Below are positions 53,233 to 63,173 of a DNA stretch of 64,000 nucleotides, one piece after another. The position numbers and the translations under genes were made by a program. Where the stretch lies: assembly GCA_045660365.1 (NCBI GenBank), contig JAZRDQ010000008.1, positions 72,506 through 136,505 of the forward strand, written 5' to 3'. The notes beneath the pieces are model-generated. The model worked only from the letters and a program-made list of their open reading frames with translations. It was not told the DNA's origin and did not search any database. Within the stretch, counting starts at the first letter, position 1, and each line of letters opens with the position of its first letter. This stretch comes from Bacteroidaceae bacterium. Its GTDB lineage: Bacteria > Bacteroidota > Bacteroidia > Bacteroidales > Bacteroidaceae.

Positions 53233-53261
53233 CCGGTGGGGGTTGAATGTTCCCCCTCCGG
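53233..53261 (+). other. GC-rich intergenic stem-loop after Q3
   Basis: CCGGTGGGGG (53233-53242) pairs with CCCCCTCCGG (53252-53261) with one T-T mismatch, across a 9-nt loop. Confidence 0.4.
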
Positions 53262-53286
53262 TCACCAAGAGAAAAATGATTGGAAT

Positions 53287-55110
53287 ATGAAAAAACTTTA
53301 TACAGTATTATTTGTAGTGGCAATGTCTCTATTTGTGAGTTGCGATAGAGAAAATCCTGATGGCATTTCTAACGAAATGGCTATTAAAATGTCTGTGTCA
53401 GTGGATAAGACTAAAGCTATACTTACCACAGATAATATAATAAACACCTCTATCGGTGTGTTTGGCTATAAAGAACAGATTTCCAATCAAAACAATAAGT
53501 ATCTGGTATTTAATAATGAGAAATTATCATTCGAATCAGATTCTTGGGCTTATTCGCCTGTAAGATATTGGGATACACAGACAGCATATTCGTTTATTGC
53601 ATACGCTCCATATCAGGAGAATTCAGATGATGTTTTAGTGAATGATTTTGAGGGCATTACTATTAATGGCATTCCACAATGGCAAGATGCAGATGATGCG
53701 GAATCAAAAGACTATGTAGTTGCGTTGACAGACAGTGCCGCAACAAACTATATAAATAATGGTGGAGTAGATTTGAAATTTCATCATATATTGGCAAATC
53801 TTAAGATAACGGCTTTTAAAGAGGGTGATTCAGATTTTGAGATACAGAATATAACAATAGGGGCGGATATAGATAATCAAAGAGTTCCGGCAGTTGATGC
53901 AGAGCGCAGCTATGTACAAAACTTTGGACATGAAAGAGCTGATGGCTCGTTCAGCAATGTGACCCTAAATGGAATACCTATTTCATTGTTTGCAGGTAAT
54001 ATGGCAGTAGAATCTGCTATAAGTAAAGTGGCGAATCTTTTGGTGGCTCCATTTATTGCAGGAGCAGATTTGCCACTGACTATTACCTATACTGAAAATG
54101 GAACAGAAAAGAGTGCTGTAGTTAATTCCGGTATTACAGAATTTAAGAGTGATGCCGTATATACCGTAAACCTGAAATTCACTTCTACAGAAGCCGATGA
54201 ACCTTTGGGTCCTTCCGGTCCTGGTATAGAAGTAGTTCCGGGATTTTCCTATGCGATATCTGATGGTGGTAGAAATAATATATTAGCATTTAGTTATAAT
54301 AATGGTAATCCCGTCCTAAAAACTTCATATGCAGAACATCCTGATAATATATTATGGCAATCAACAGGTGATTTGCTTGGTGATGAATTGCAACAACTAT
54401 GTATAGAACTAAAAATGGATGCGGTGACAACTATAAAGTATTATTTAGCATTTGATGAAAATGGAAATGTTAAATTGACTGATGATGTTAATAGCGCATT
54501 TGGATTTAAAAATGTAGCACCAAATAATCCGGGAATGTCAATTGGTTGTTTTGATGCGAATGGAAATTATATGGGTAGACTAAAGTATATTGAATCTGAA
54601 AGATCATTTAAGGTTATTAGCGAACAATACGTAGGGCAAGATAGTTGGATATGGTCAGCTGTTAATGTTGCTGATTGCAAAGTAGTAGATGGTTATGCCG
54701 GTCCGCTGATATATGTCAATAATAATAGTAGTTTTACAGAAGGTAAGTACAATGTGGGTGCAAAGCAACTGTCAGTAGGTGGCAGTGTAAATTTTGACGT
54801 TATTGCATCGGAAAAGACTTTTCAGTACTATTATGATGGCAATATGTCCCGATTCTTTTTTGATGGTTGTAAAAGTATGTATGAATATCCGACGGATCAG
54901 CTTTATACAAATTGGATATGGAATTTGGAAGGGGCAGATGGTTATGCTACGATAGTTAATGATGGTACTCTTGTTTACAATAATCAATCTCCAAATGATA
55001 TACTGGTAAAGATCAGTGCTACTGCTATAATTGTAGTATCTTACAATCCATATACAACTAAATCTATAACGGGTTATTATGAAGTACTGTTAAAAGGTAG
55101 TAGTAATTAG
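53287..55110 (+). CDS. Fimbrillin-like lipoprotein Q4 with a about 300-aa C-terminal extension (candidate tip adhesin)
   Basis: The ATG at 53287 gives MKKLYTVLFVVAMSLFVSC. Blocks: IKMSVS..KTKA, RYWDT..YSFIAYAPY, LKFHHILANLKI, VYTVNLKF. Then PLGPSGPG and an unrecognised domain replace the EIxFxPxVxDW terminal strand. Confidence 0.6.
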   Translation: MKKLYTVLFVVAMSLFVSCDRENPDGISNEMAIKMSVSVDKTKAILTTDNIINTSIGVFGYKEQISNQNNKYLVFNNEKLSFESDSWAYSPVRYWDTQTAYSFIAYAPYQENSDDVLVNDFEGITINGIPQWQDADDAESKDYVVALTDSAATNYINNGGVDLKFHHILANLKITAFKEGDSDFEIQNITIGADIDNQRVPAVDAERSYVQNFGHERADGSFSNVTLNGIPISLFAGNMAVESAISKVANLLVAPFIAGADLPLTITYTENGTEKSAVVNSGITEFKSDAVYTVNLKFTSTEADEPLGPSGPGIEVVPGFSYAISDGGRNNILAFSYNNGNPVLKTSYAEHPDNILWQSTGDLLGDELQQLCIELKMDAVTTIKYYLAFDENGNVKLTDDVNSAFGFKNVAPNNPGMSIGCFDANGNYMGRLKYIESERSFKVISEQYVGQDSWIWSAVNVADCKVVDGYAGPLIYVNNNSSFTEGKYNVGAKQLSVGGSVNFDVIASEKTFQYYYDGNMSRFFFDGCKSMYEYPTDQLYTNWIWNLEGADGYATIVNDGTLVYNNQSPNDILVKISATAIIVVSYNPYTTKSITGYYEVLLKGSSN

Positions 55111-55212
55111 AACTGTATGGGGAAAATAGGTTGCAGGTAGGCAGAAAAATGTAAGTGAAATGAAGAAAGTGAATATTGTAAATAATTTAGTTTTTGGTTG
55201 TTCCAATGAGTG

Positions 55213-55241
55213 GTATTCTTCACATTTATGGTGAAGAGTAC
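55213..55241 (+). terminator. Candidate terminator hairpin about 100 nt after locus 2
   Basis: GTATTCTTCAC (55213-55223) pairs with GTGAAGAGTAC (55231-55241), including one G-U pair. T-rich sequence follows. Confidence 0.4.
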
Positions 55242-55393
55242 TGCTCTTTGATTGTTTGTGAACAATGACTTTGTTTTGTGTATTATATATAAGGTGTATT
55301 GCATAGGTGTATAAATAAGAAATGTATAATGTTAGTTTTGTTATAGGAATGCATAATTATCATTATGAACGATAACATATTTTGTTTGGGTGC

Positions 55394-55425
55394 GCGACGC
55401 AGTGATTGCGTTGCACACTTTTTTG
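55394..55425 (+). terminator. Hairpin plus T-run just upstream of the rimP promoter
   Basis: GCGACGCA (55394-55401) pairs with TGCGTTGC (55407-55414), including one G-U pair. ACACTTTTTTG follows. Confidence 0.35.
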
Positions 55426-55433
55426 TATAAAAA

Positions 55434-55465
55434 TTTGTGGGAATGATATAATATCACTACTTTTG
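55434..55465 (+). promoter_or_regulatory. Canonical Bacteroidetes promoter TTTG-N20-TACTTTTG for rimP-nusA-infB
   Basis: TTTG at 55434-55437, an exact 20-nt spacer, then TAnnTTTG at 55458-55465. Confidence 0.55.
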
Positions 55466-55486
55466 CACTGAATTAGATGATGTGTT

Positions 55487-55511
55487 GAGGGGCTCGAGAG
55501 CCTCTCTTTTT
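55487..55511 (+). terminator. Terminator-like leader hairpin between the promoter and the rimP start (candidate attenuator)
   Basis: GAGGGGCT (55487-55494) pairs with AGCCTCTC (55499-55506), including one G-U pair, across a 4-nt loop. TTTTT (55507-55511) follows. The rimP ATG is at 55531. Confidence 0.5.
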
Positions 55512-55530
55512 CGTTATTAAAATAGAATAT

Positions 55531-56001
55531 ATGATAGACAAACTTCAAGTTCGTGAGTTGGTAACAAAGTGGTTGGAAACCAAAGAGGGGTATTTCTTGG
55601 TAGATGCTGATGTCAGTGCAGACAACAGAATTCTGGTAGAAATAGATCACCCGGAAGGTGTTTGGATAGACGATTGTGTAGAGTTGAGCAGACATATTGA
55701 ATCCAATTTTGACAGAGAAATTGAAGATTATGAACTCGAAGTGGGTTCTGCCGGCATTGGTCAGCCTTTCAAGGTTTTACAACAGTATGTAAACCATGTG
55801 GGCAGCGAAGTAGAGGTCCTGCCTAAAAGTGGTACCAAACTGAAAGGTGTTCTGGTAAGTGCCGACGAAAATGGTTTTGTTTTGCAAACTAAGGTAAAAC
55901 AGACTGTAGAAGGTTCAAAACGTCCAAAAATGGTGGAAGTGGAGATGCCTTTCAAATATGAAGAAATTAAATATACAAAATACGTAATAAGCTTAAAGTA
56001 A
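55531..56001 (+). CDS. rimP: Ribosome maturation factor RimP
   Basis: 156 aa, positioned directly before nusA. The sequence (LEVGSAGIGQPFKVLQQY..G.EVEV) fits RimP. Confidence 0.85.
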   Translation: MIDKLQVRELVTKWLETKEGYFLVDADVSADNRILVEIDHPEGVWIDDCVELSRHIESNFDREIEDYELEVGSAGIGQPFKVLQQYVNHVGSEVEVLPKSGTKLKGVLVSADENGFVLQTKVKQTVEGSKRPKMVEVEMPFKYEEIKYTKYVISLK

Positions 56002-56003
56002 TT

Positions 56004-57281
56004 ATGGCTAAGAAGGTAGAGATGATCTCATTGATTGAGACATTCCAGGAGTTCAAGGAACAGAAGAACATAGACCGTGCTACTTTGGTAAGTGTTCTTG
56101 AAGAGAGTTTCCGCAATGTCATTTCAAAGATGTTCGGAACAGACGAAAACTATTCTGTTATTGTTAACCCTGATAAGGGTGACTGCGAAATTCAGCGTAC
56201 TCGCGTAGTGGTAGAAGATGCCGAAGTGGAAGATACAAACACTCAGATTCCACTAAGTGAAGCTGCTCAGATAGACCCGGATTTTGAGGTTGGCGAAGAG
56301 GTTACAGAACCTATTGATTTTGCATTGTTTGGCCGCAGAGCTATTTTGACCCTGCGTCAGACACTGGCTTCAAAGATATTGGAACTTGAAAAAGATAGTT
56401 TATACAACAAGTATATAGAGAAGGTTGGAACTGTTATAGTTGCAGAAGTTTATCAGGTATGGAAGAAAGAGGTACTTCTGTTGGACGAAGAGGGTAATGA
56501 ACTGTTGTTGCCAAAATCAGAACAGATTCCATCAGATTTCTTCCGTAAAGGAGAATCAGTACGTGCTGTAATAGACAAAGTAGAGAATGTAAATAACCCT
56601 AAGATATTGTTAAGCCGTACATCACCAGTATTCCTACAGAGATTATTCGAGCAGGAGGTTCCGGAAATCAATGATGGTCTGATTACTATAAAGAAGATAG
56701 CACGTATCCCGGGTGAAAGAGCAAAAATTGCAGTAGAATCTTACGATGATCGCATTGATCCGGTAGGTGCTTGTGTAGGTGTAAAAGGCTCACGTATTCA
56801 TGGCATAGTACGCGAATTGCGTAATGAAAACATTGATGTTATTAACTATACATCAAATCTGGAATTGTTTATTAAGCGTGCTCTCAGCCCTGCAAAGATT
56901 TCAGAGTTGAATATTGTAGAAGACGAAAAACGTGTAGAGGTATATCTGCGTCAGGATCAGGTATCGCTTGCAATAGGTAAAAATGGCTTGAATATCAAGC
57001 TTGCAAGTATGCTTACAGGTTATACAATTGATGTATTCCGTCAGTTGGACGAAGTTCAGGAAGAAGATGTTTACCTGGATGATTTCCGTGGCGATATTGA
57101 GGACTGGATTGTTGATGCATTGCACAATGCAGGCTTTGATACAGCTAAGACAGTGCTTCGTGCACCACGTGAGATATTATTGGAGAGTGCAGACCTTGAA
57201 GAGGAACAGATTGACGAAATACTGGCAATCCTGGCTTCAGAGTTTGCGGATGAAGAAGAATTTCAGGGATTCTTGAGATAA
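56004..57281 (+). CDS. nusA: Transcription termination/antitermination factor NusA
   Basis: 425 aa. The N-terminal domain, S1, two KH domains (VGACVGVKGSRIHGIVREL; LAIGKNGLNIKLASMLTG) and an acidic C-terminus are all recognisable. Confidence 0.95.
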   Translation: MAKKVEMISLIETFQEFKEQKNIDRATLVSVLEESFRNVISKMFGTDENYSVIVNPDKGDCEIQRTRVVVEDAEVEDTNTQIPLSEAAQIDPDFEVGEEVTEPIDFALFGRRAILTLRQTLASKILELEKDSLYNKYIEKVGTVIVAEVYQVWKKEVLLLDEEGNELLLPKSEQIPSDFFRKGESVRAVIDKVENVNNPKILLSRTSPVFLQRLFEQEVPEINDGLITIKKIARIPGERAKIAVESYDDRIDPVGACVGVKGSRIHGIVRELRNENIDVINYTSNLELFIKRALSPAKISELNIVEDEKRVEVYLRQDQVSLAIGKNGLNIKLASMLTGYTIDVFRQLDEVQEEDVYLDDFRGDIEDWIVDALHNAGFDTAKTVLRAPREILLESADLEEEQIDEILAILASEFADEEEFQGFLR

Positions 57282-57311
57282 TTAACAGTTATTTATTAAA
57301 GTTTCTTATAG

Positions 57312-60300
57312 ATGGCAATAAGAATAGGAAAAATAGCAAGAGAATTGAATGTGGGAGTCAAGACAATATTTGATTTCCTGCAGAAGAAGGGGTATGAGGA
57401 TGTTCCTGTAGATAATCCAAACTATAAACTCTCTGATGAACAGGAGAATCTTTTGGTTGTAGAGTTTAGTCAGGATAAAGTTAGAAAAGAGGAGGCAATG
57501 AACAGAATGCGTCCAAAACAGAAATCTGTTGAAACCAAAGCTGCTGTTGAAACTGTAGAAGAAGTGGAGATTAAGATTGAAAAACCTGCTGAACCTGTTA
57601 TCAAATTTAAAACTGTTGGTAAGATTCAGCTGGACGAATCTATGGTATCAGAGTCTCCATATGTAGAGTCTGTAAGAGAGGAGGCAGCAAAGAAAGAGCA
57701 GAAGCCTGTTCAGAAAAGCGGACCAAAATCTGCTCCTGTACAGAATCAGAAGCCGGTGAAAGCAGAAATGCAGGAAAAACCTGCCGTAGAGGAGAAACCT
57801 GTAAAAAAGGAAGATAAACCAGTTGAAAAGATGGTTGAGAATGAACTCAAACCGGTAGAGAAACCTATACAAAAGGTTGATAAACCTGAACAAAAAGTGG
57901 ATAAACCAGTAGAAAAACCAGTTCAGCAGGAGGTTAAGAATAACGCTCAGCCGGAAAATGCAGAACCTAAGACAGAGGGTGTAACCAAGGGCCCGGATGT
58001 ATTTAAACTTGATGCCCCAAAATCCAATTTGAACTTAAAAACAGTTGGTAAGATAGATTTGAGTGCCATCAATCAATCTACCAGACCAAAGAAGAAGTCA
58101 AAAGAGGAGAAGAGAAAGGAACGCGAGGCTAAGGAGCAGCAGCGTCAGCAGCAGCGCGAGGCTTACAAGGAGTCAATAATGAAGGAGATTAGCAATAAGT
58201 CTAATAACTCTTCCAATAACAATAAGAACACCGGTGGAAATAACAACAATGGCAAGCAGCAGAATAATGATGCTCCAAGAAAGAAAAACCGTGTTCGTAT
58301 AGGTGGCGAAAAGGTTGATATCAACAAAGCTTCATCTTTCAATCCTGGAGGTGGAGAACAGCCATACGGTGGTGGAAAGAAGAACCATTCTGAACATCAG
58401 GACAAGCAGGACAAAAAAGGCAAGGGTGGTGGCAGAAACTCAAAAGACCATCGTCATGCAAAGACTGAGAAAGACTTTAGCAGCGAAGATGTAAACCGTC
58501 AGATTAAGGAGACATTCTCAAAGTTTGCCAAAGGTAAAACAAAGTCTTCAAAATACAGAAAGGATAAGCGTGAAGTGGCTCAGATGCGTCAGCAGGAGAT
58601 GCTTGAGCAGGAGATGGCTGAAAGCACAGTATTGAAGCTTACTGAATTTGTTACAGCCAACGAACTGGCTACCATGATGAATATCCCTGTAACTCAGGTT
58701 ATTGCAACCTGTATGAGCGTGGGTATCATGGTCTCAATCAACCAGCGTCTCGATGCAGAAACTATCAACATAGTGGCAGAAGAGCATGGCTTTACAACTG
58801 AATATGTAAGTGCAGAGGTTGCTCAGCAGATTCAGGAAGAGGAGGACAAGGCAGAAGATTTGAAACCACGTGCTCCAATTGTAACAGTAATGGGACACGT
58901 TGACCATGGTAAGACTTCACTTCTTGACTACATCCGTAAGGCAAATGTAATTGCAGGCGAAGCCGGTGGTATTACACAGCACATTGGTGCTTACAATGTT
59001 AAGCTGGAGGATGGACGTAAGATTACATTCCTGGATACTCCTGGTCACGAAGCGTTTACCGCTATGCGTGCCCGCGGTGCTCAGGTTACCGATATTGCCA
59101 TCATCATTGTGGCTGCTGACGACAATGTGATGCCTCAGACAAAAGAGGCTATTGCACACGCAACAGCTGCTGGTGTTCCTATAGTATTTGCTATCAACAA
59201 GGTAGATAAACCTGCTGCCGATCCTGAACGTATCAAACAGGAGCTGGCACAGCTGAACTTCCTGGTTGAAGACTGGGGTGGTAAGTATCAGTCTCAGGAT
59301 ATATCAGCAAAGCATGGTATGGGTGTGCCTGAACTTATGGAGAAGGTGCTTCTTGAAGCAGAAATGCTTGATCTGAAGGCAAATCCAAACCGTAAGGCTA
59401 CAGGTTCAATTATTGAATCATCACTGGATAAAGGTCGTGGTTATGTAGCTACAGTACTGGTATCAAACGGTACTCTGAAGATGGGTGATATAGTGATAGC
59501 AGGAACCTTCTGGGGTAAAGTGAAGGCTATGTTCAACGAACGTAATCAGAAGATTAAGTCTGCTGCACCTGCTGAACCGGTATTGATTCTGGGTATGAAT
59601 GGTGCACCTCAGGCAGGTGTTACATTCCACGTGGTAGATACTGAACGTGAAGCTCGTGAAATTACCAGCAAGCGTGAACAGTTGCAGCGTGAACAGGGTA
59701 TCAGAACTACTACAACACTTACTCTTGATGAACTTGGCCGCAGAATTGCGATGGGCGATTTCCACGAACTGAACCTGATTGTAAAAGCCGACGTGGATGG
59801 TTCTGCCGAAGCATTGAGCGATTCACTCATAAAGCTATCTACACCACAGGTACAGGTAAATGTTATGTACAAGGCTGTAGGTGCTATCTCTGAAAGTGAC
59901 GTCAGTCTGGCTGCTGCATCGAATGCGATTATCGTTGGTTTCAATGTGCGTCCTTCAGGTGCTGCAAAACGTCAGGCAGAACAGAACGATGTGGATATCA
60001 GAATCTACTCAATCATCTATGATGCTATAGACGAAGTTAAGGCGGCTATGGAGGGTCTGCTTGCTCCAACAGTGAAGGAGGAGGTTACATCAACCATAGA
60101 AGTACTGGAAGTATTCCATATCTCAAAGGTTGGTATGGTGGCCGGTGGCCGTGTTCGTGAAGGTAAGGTTTCACGTAATGACCGTGCCCGCGTAATTCGT
60201 GATGGTATTGTAATACATAATGGTAATATCCAGACTCTGAAACGTTATAAGGACGATGTTAAGGAGGTATCAGCAGGTGTTGACTGCGGTATCAGCCTGG

Positions 60301-60374
60301 TATCATATAACGATCTGAAAGAGGGCGATATGATTGAAACATATACTCAGATAGAGGTTAAACAGACACTTTGA
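57312..60374 (+). CDS. infB: Translation initiation factor IF-2
   Basis: 1020 aa. A low-complexity K/E/P/N-rich N-terminal region is followed by a GTPase domain ([28 protein letters not shown]) and conserved C-terminal domains. Confidence 0.95.
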   Translation: MAIRIGKIARELNVGVKTIFDFLQKKGYEDVPVDNPNYKLSDEQENLLVVEFSQDKVRKEEAMNRMRPKQKSVETKAAVETVEEVEIKIEKPAEPVIKFKTVGKIQLDESMVSESPYVESVREEAAKKEQKPVQKSGPKSAPVQNQKPVKAEMQEKPAVEEKPVKKEDKPVEKMVENELKPVEKPIQKVDKPEQKVDKPVEKPVQQEVKNNAQPENAEPKTEGVTKGPDVFKLDAPKSNLNLKTVGKIDLSAINQSTRPKKKSKEEKRKEREAKEQQRQQQREAYKESIMKEISNKSNNSSNNNKNTGGNNNNGKQQNNDAPRKKNRVRIGGEKVDINKASSFNPGGGEQPYGGGKKNHSEHQDKQDKKGKGGGRNSKDHRHAKTEKDFSSEDVNRQIKETFSKFAKGKTKSSKYRKDKREVAQMRQQEMLEQEMAESTVLKLTEFVTANELATMMNIPVTQVIATCMSVGIMVSINQRLDAETINIVAEEHGFTTEYVSAEVAQQIQEEEDKAEDLKPRAPIVTVMGHVDHGKTSLLDYIRKANVIAGEAGGITQHIGAYNVKLEDGRKITFLDTPGHEAFTAMRARGAQVTDIAIIIVAADDNVMPQTKEAIAHATAAGVPIVFAINKVDKPAADPERIKQELAQLNFLVEDWGGKYQSQDISAKHGMGVPELMEKVLLEAEMLDLKANPNRKATGSIIESSLDKGRGYVATVLVSNGTLKMGDIVIAGTFWGKVKAMFNERNQKIKSAAPAEPVLILGMNGAPQAGVTFHVVDTEREAREITSKREQLQREQGIRTTTTLTLDELGRRIAMGDFHELNLIVKADVDGSAEALSDSLIKLSTPQVQVNVMYKAVGAISESDVSLAAASNAIIVGFNVRPSGAAKRQAEQNDVDIRIYSIIYDAIDEVKAAMEGLLAPTVKEEVTSTIEVLEVFHISKVGMVAGGRVREGKVSRNDRARVIRDGIVIHNGNIQTLKRYKDDVKEVSAGVDCGISLVSYNDLKEGDMIETYTQIEVKQTL

Positions 60375-60375
60375 T

Positions 60376-60939
60376 ATGGAGGATTTCTTCACATCGTTGA
60401 ATACGCTGGACTATATTATCCTGATATTGCTGCTGATAGGCCTTATCACAGGATTTGCACAAGGGGTAATCAAACAGGCTTTCGGATTGGGAGGCCTGCT
60501 TGGTGGCCTGGTGTGCGGAGCCCTGCTCTATAAACCGGCAGCAGTATTCCTTCAGGATGTGGTCGATATGGACGATAATGTGGCTCAGGTAGTGGCATTC
60601 ATTGTAATATTGATACTGGTTCCGGTGGTCTTTTCGATAGTGGGAAATCTGCTTTCAAAGTTGGTACATATAATCTCTTTAGGATTTGTTGATCGTCTTT
60701 TGGGAGGAATCTTTGGTGTGGTTAAGTTCTTTATTGTGATAGGTTTGTGTATCCAGCTGCTGGAGATGACCGGTGTAGCTGACAAATTGATACGCAACAG
60801 TGAGAAAAAAGAGTCGCTTCTGTACGAACAGGCCCGCGTAATCTCCGACAACTGTCTTAGATGGACCTGGAACAAGGTGTTGCCACACGTTGAAGAGAAA
60901 GATGAAAGTAACGGAAACGGAACTGAAAAAATTATTTGA
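60376..60939 (+). CDS. cvpA: CvpA-family membrane protein
   Basis: 187 aa with four hydrophobic segments. The N-terminus [24 protein letters not shown] is typical of CvpA. Confidence 0.75.
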   Translation: MEDFFTSLNTLDYIILILLLIGLITGFAQGVIKQAFGLGGLLGGLVCGALLYKPAAVFLQDVVDMDDNVAQVVAFIVILILVPVVFSIVGNLLSKLVHIISLGFVDRLLGGIFGVVKFFIVIGLCIQLLEMTGVADKLIRNSEKKESLLYEQARVISDNCLRWTWNKVLPHVEEKDESNGNGTEKII

Positions 60940-62405
60940 CGATGAAACAGAATGACAATACTGATAATAGTCTTGTCAGGGAGATATCGAACGAGAAATA
61001 TAAATACGGTTTTACTACAGATGTTCACACAGAGATAATAGAGCGTGGACTGAATGAGGATGTAATCCGTATGATTTCTGCCAAGAAGGGTGAACCGGAA
61101 TGGCTGCTAGAATTCAGGTTGAAAGCCTATAACTACTGGCTCACACTTGAAATGCCAAAATGGGCTCATCTTGATATTCCTGAAATAGATTATCAGAATA
61201 TATCATATTATGCCGATCCTACAGTGAAAAAGGACGGCCCAAAATCTTTGGACGAAATAGATCCGCAGCTGATGAGCACCTTCGACAAGCTGGGTATTCC
61301 GCTTGAAGAGCGTCTGGCACTAAGCGGTGGTGTGGCAGTAGATGCTGTTATGGACTCTGTATCGGTAAAGACAACTTTTAAGAAGACACTTTCTGAAAAG
61401 GGTATCATCTTTTGTTCTATAAGCGAAGCTGTACGTGAACATCCCGAACTGGTAAAACAGTACCTGGGAAGTGTTGTCAATTACAGAGATAACTTCTATG
61501 CTGCATTGAACAGCGCGGTATTCAGTGATGGATCTTTTGTATATATTCCAAAAGGTGTGCGTTGCCCGATGGAGTTATCTACCTATTTCCGTATCAATGC
61601 TGCCGGTACAGGACAGTTTGAAAGAACTCTGATTGTTGCAGATGATGATAGTTATGTATCATATCTGGAAGGTTGTACCGCTCCAATGCGCGATGAGAAC
61701 CAACTGCATGCAGCAATAGTGGAGATAGTGGTACTGGACAGAGCAGAGGTAAAGTACAGTACTGTTCAGAATTGGTATCCGGGCGATGAAAACGGAAAAG
61801 GAGGTGTATATAACTTTGTTACTAAACGTGGCCATCTGCGCGGCGTGAACAGTAAACTGTCATGGACCCAGGTGGAAACAGGTTCTGCAATAACATGGAA
61901 ATATCCAAGCTGTATTCTCTCCGGTGATGGTTCACAGGGAGAATTCTACTCCGTGGCGCTGACCAATAACTATCAGCAGGCCGATACCGGTACAAAGATG
62001 ATTCATCTGGGAAAGAATACCAGCAGTACAATTATCAGTAAAGGTATATCGGCAGGACATAGCCAGAATTCATATCGTGGACTGGTAAAGGTTGGAAAGA
62101 ATGCTGATGGTGCACGTAACTACAGTCAGTGCGACTCTCTGCTGCTGGGTAGTAATTGCGGCGCACATACATTCCCGTATATGGATATTCAAAATGAGAC
62201 TGCTGTTGTTGAACACGAAGCAACAACTTCAAAGATTTCAGAAGATCAGCTGTTCTATTGTAATCAGCGTGGTATTCCAATGGAGGAATCGATAGGTCTT
62301 ATAGTGAATGGTTATGCAAAAGAGGTTTTGAATAAACTGCCCATGGAGTTTGCGGTTGAGGCGCAGCGTCTGTTAGCAGTATCTTTAGAAAATACAATTG
62401 GTTGA
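60936..62405 (+). CDS. sufB: Fe-S cluster assembly protein SufB
   Basis: 489 aa with strong SufB blocks ([37 protein letters not shown]). Confidence 0.95.
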   Translation: MTMKQNDNTDNSLVREISNEKYKYGFTTDVHTEIIERGLNEDVIRMISAKKGEPEWLLEFRLKAYNYWLTLEMPKWAHLDIPEIDYQNISYYADPTVKKDGPKSLDEIDPQLMSTFDKLGIPLEERLALSGGVAVDAVMDSVSVKTTFKKTLSEKGIIFCSISEAVREHPELVKQYLGSVVNYRDNFYAALNSAVFSDGSFVYIPKGVRCPMELSTYFRINAAGTGQFERTLIVADDDSYVSYLEGCTAPMRDENQLHAAIVEIVVLDRAEVKYSTVQNWYPGDENGKGGVYNFVTKRGHLRGVNSKLSWTQVETGSAITWKYPSCILSGDGSQGEFYSVALTNNYQQADTGTKMIHLGKNTSSTIISKGISAGHSQNSYRGLVKVGKNADGARNYSQCDSLLLGSNCGAHTFPYMDIQNETAVVEHEATTSKISEDQLFYCNQRGIPMEESIGLIVNGYAKEVLNKLPMEFAVEAQRLLAVSLENTIG

Positions 62406-62411
62406 TTTAGT

Positions 62412-63173
62412 ATGCTTAAAATAGAGAATCTACATGCAAGTATAAATGGCAAAGAGATACTGAAAGGTATAAATTTGCAGGTGAACCCGGGTGAAGTCCA
62501 TGCTATTATGGGCCCGAATGGTTCCGGAAAGAGTACAATGAGCAATGTGCTTGTTGGTCATCCATCGTATCAGGTTACAGAGGGTAGTGTTACATACAAA
62601 GGTAAGAATCTGCTTGATATGGCTGTGGAACAACGCAGTCATGAAGGTCTGTTCCTCTCATTCCAGTATCCTGTAGAGATTCCTGGAGTAAGCATGACCA
62701 ATTTTATGCGTACAGCAATCAATGAAAAACGTAAATATCTGGAGTTGCCACCTTTGTCACCATCAGATTTTCTGAAGCTTATCAAGGCCAAGAGAGATTT
62801 GGTAAAGCTGGACAGTAAGTTTATGAATCGTTCTGTAAATGAAGGATTCAGTGGCGGTGAAAAGAAACGTAATGAGATATTCCAGATGGCAATGCTGGAA
62901 CCATCGTTAAGTATTCTTGATGAAACCGATTCAGGTCTGGATATTGATGCTCTGCGTATAGTGGCAGAGGGCGTTAATAAATTGAAAACCCCTGAAACTT
63001 CTGTGATTGTAATTACCCATTATCAGAGGTTGTTGGATTATATCAAACCGGATATAGTTCACGTGCTCTATTCAGGTCGCATCATCAAGACAGCAGGTCC
63101 TGAACTGGCACTGGAACTTGAAGAGCGTGGATACGATTGGTTGATTAAGGAGTTTGAAGATTCACAGAAATGA
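62412..63173 (+). CDS. sufC: Fe-S cluster assembly ATPase SufC
   Basis: 253 aa with Walker A GPNGSGKST, ABC signature FSGGEKKR and Walker B SILDETDSGLD. Confidence 0.95.
   Translation: MLKIENLHASINGKEILKGINLQVNPGEVHAIMGPNGSGKSTMSNVLVGHPSYQVTEGSVTYKGKNLLDMAVEQRSHEGLFLSFQYPVEIPGVSMTNFMRTAINEKRKYLELPPLSPSDFLKLIKAKRDLVKLDSKFMNRSVNEGFSGGEKKRNEIFQMAMLEPSLSILDETDSGLDIDALRIVAEGVNKLKTPETSVIVITHYQRLLDYIKPDIVHVLYSGRIIKTAGPELALELEERGYDWLIKEFEDSQK

Noticed and set aside
55363-55695. 110-aa minus-strand ORF spanning the rimP promoter and start
   Set aside because: It overlaps a canonical promoter, the leader hairpin and the rimP 5' end on the opposite strand, and has no recognisable features.
57700-58470. 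KPVEK-type and Asn/Gly/Lys-rich low-complexity repeats in the 5' third of infB
   Set aside because: This is the variable N-terminal region typical of bacterial IF-2 and is not a separate element.
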